The notes below the pieces were generated by a model. It was given only the letters and a program-made list of their open reading frames with translations. It had not been told where the DNA came from and did not search any database. The position numbers were made by a program, and so were the translations under genes. DNA of 64,000 nt from the NCBI RefSeq assembly GCF_033153115.1, contig NW_026889803.1:59458001-59522000 (forward strand), given 5' to 3'. This document shows, one piece after another, positions 62,309 to 64,000 of the stretch (position 1 is the first letter of the stretch; each line of letters opens with the position of its first letter). This DNA is from Saccostrea echinata (Eukaryota).

Positions 62309-63072
62309 AGTGTAATTTTTGTGAAAAGGTTGTTAAGGATTCTCAAGTATTTCCATGAGCTGTCTATTGATACAGAACAATATAAGCATTGAGAATTATA
62401 CCGTAACCCTCCCCAAAGGCGCTACACAAACATGAATTCTGTTAATCATGGTATCTTGTTCACACCATCGTGATCTGTTTACCTACTGCTGTAACCAAAA
62501 TACTGAGAGCTGGTGTTTCGAGGTCGCTTTCTGTCCGTGAGTTAACTTTCATTCATGTTTTAATGCCATTAATACAGAAGTTATGTTCTTGATTTTAAGT
62601 AAAAGAAAAATGTTTCAGTTCTTTTTTTTTCTCTCTAATTGACATTATCATGATTATTTCTTTAGTTAAGAACCTTGTGTTGTGATGATCTTTAAATCCA
62701 CCTGACTAATCCGGTACGCTTACATAAACCACTGACATAAGGCTAAGTAAGATCAGAACAAGTATCCGCTGTTTATAATCGGCAATCGTAAACGATGTAC
62801 AGTGAATAAATTATATAAATTATTTGATAGAAATTATTTATCAGAGGAAAACACCACCTCTTTCTCACGGGGTAGCACTTTTGTTCATGAATAATGCTAC
62901 GGATATATGACATGGTTTTGCATCAGTGATAAAAATCTGTATTCTACCCAGATTTTTTTTCCGGTATTTTTACAAAAGATTAAACATTTAAGTAGGCCTT
63001 TTGTCAAGGTTTAAATGGTCAGGGTGCTTTCCCGCGCTTCATGATTGGTATTTATATTTCTTTACAGTAAAC

Positions 63073-63143
63073 ATGCCACGAAGAGGCAGAGAAAGCGATG
63101 AGGGCGTTGAAAATCCCCCCAAAAGGCATAGATACAACTTAAG
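63073..63143 (+). CDS. First coding exon of a probable tandem transglutaminase paralog; continues beyond the window
   Basis: [23 protein letters not shown](R)|gtagg mirrors 44872-44942 ([23 protein letters not shown](R)|gtaag): same length, same phase, upstream acceptor in the same position. Confidence 0.75.
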
Positions 63144-64000
63144 GTAGGGGGTTTGATTATTTTGAGGGTTCATTTATTTTTAGCTAAAATTTTGTGTCCT
63201 TTAGGCCCGATGAATTTACACTGCTACATTGTATATTACAAGAAAGCAGGAGAGAGACTCAGAGAGAGCCTTAAATTTCTTCCAAACAAAAATTGATCTA
63301 CAACTCTGCTATGATTTTTCAGCTGGAGTTTATTCTAAAAACGGGGGATTTTTTATCGACATATTTTTTTCAAATCGAAAAGACTATCCTATACTCCCTA
63401 GCCTTGCTAACCTTAGGAAAAATCACCTTAAAACCTCTATGTTATCAGTGTCAAAGAAAGGTTTTGAAGAATTGGAACACTTTACCCTCTTACAGTTTAA
63501 TACTTTAAAAATATTGCCTTAAGAAATTGTTTTCTGGTTTAAAAAATATATAATAAAGCTTTTCCATCAACTGAAGTGAAATTTGGTATTCAATATATAA
63601 TCAAGGTCTTTAAATTAAGAAATAACAGCACTAATAAAATAGAATAAAATTTGGTCCTGATTTGGTACTGACATATCAACTAGTTAGAATTTAAAGTAAA
63701 ACATAGTTTGTTTTTTTTTAACACCAAATCATATATGTTCTTTTCACACCGAGTAATTATATGAAACGTGATAACAATTAAGTCAAATAATATTTAATAT
63801 GAAGTTTTTCAAAACACGGAAGATTTAAAAACTAATCGGGAGGGGCGGAAGGGGATTGAAATATCGAGAGATTTTGTCTCCCGCCGGAAGAATAACATGT
63901 ACATGTATGAGAAGATTAGGGATGGTATCCTCTAGATTATATGAGGGATTTACTATTTATAGCAGTGTTGTAGATCGATTTTGGTGTTCATTCTGCTGTT

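Overview
AT-rich, intron-rich animal genomic DNA. The repeat families and gene content suggest a bivalve mollusc, possibly an oyster (inference). I reconstructed spliced genes by hand, checking that splice phases are compatible. (1) The 5' part of a secreted vitellogenin-N/large lipid transfer protein (LLTP)-like gene (- strand, runs off the left edge). (2) A two-exon ~1279-aa class-B/Methuselah/adhesion-like GPCR with a duplicated Cys-rich ectodomain. (3) A 19-exon ~1432-aa secreted protein with two tandem Hedgehog-N-like ('hedge') domains, a peptidase-M15A-like domain and a possible ADP-ribosyl-cyclase-like C-terminus, with no Hint domain and degenerate zinc ligands. This is the most novel-looking item. 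(4) NSRP1/CCDC55. (5) A secreted coiled-coil + H-type lectin gene. (6) A 15-exon transglutaminase with an N-terminal basic YNLRS-type extension, plus the first coding exon of a likely tandem paralog. A second recurring pattern: five tandem repeats or duplications in three genes are amplified copies of real exon-intron junctions, including a ~3.85-kb array of the NSRP1 donor site. The rest is transposon-derived: tRNA/Nin-type SINEs, Penelope-like RT fragments, an L2/CR1-group LINE, nested Helentron-associated (HINE-like) elements, and Kolobok-, MULE- and IS3EU-like non-autonomous elements. There is one 147-N gap. All family assignments come from recognising motifs by eye; no searches were run.
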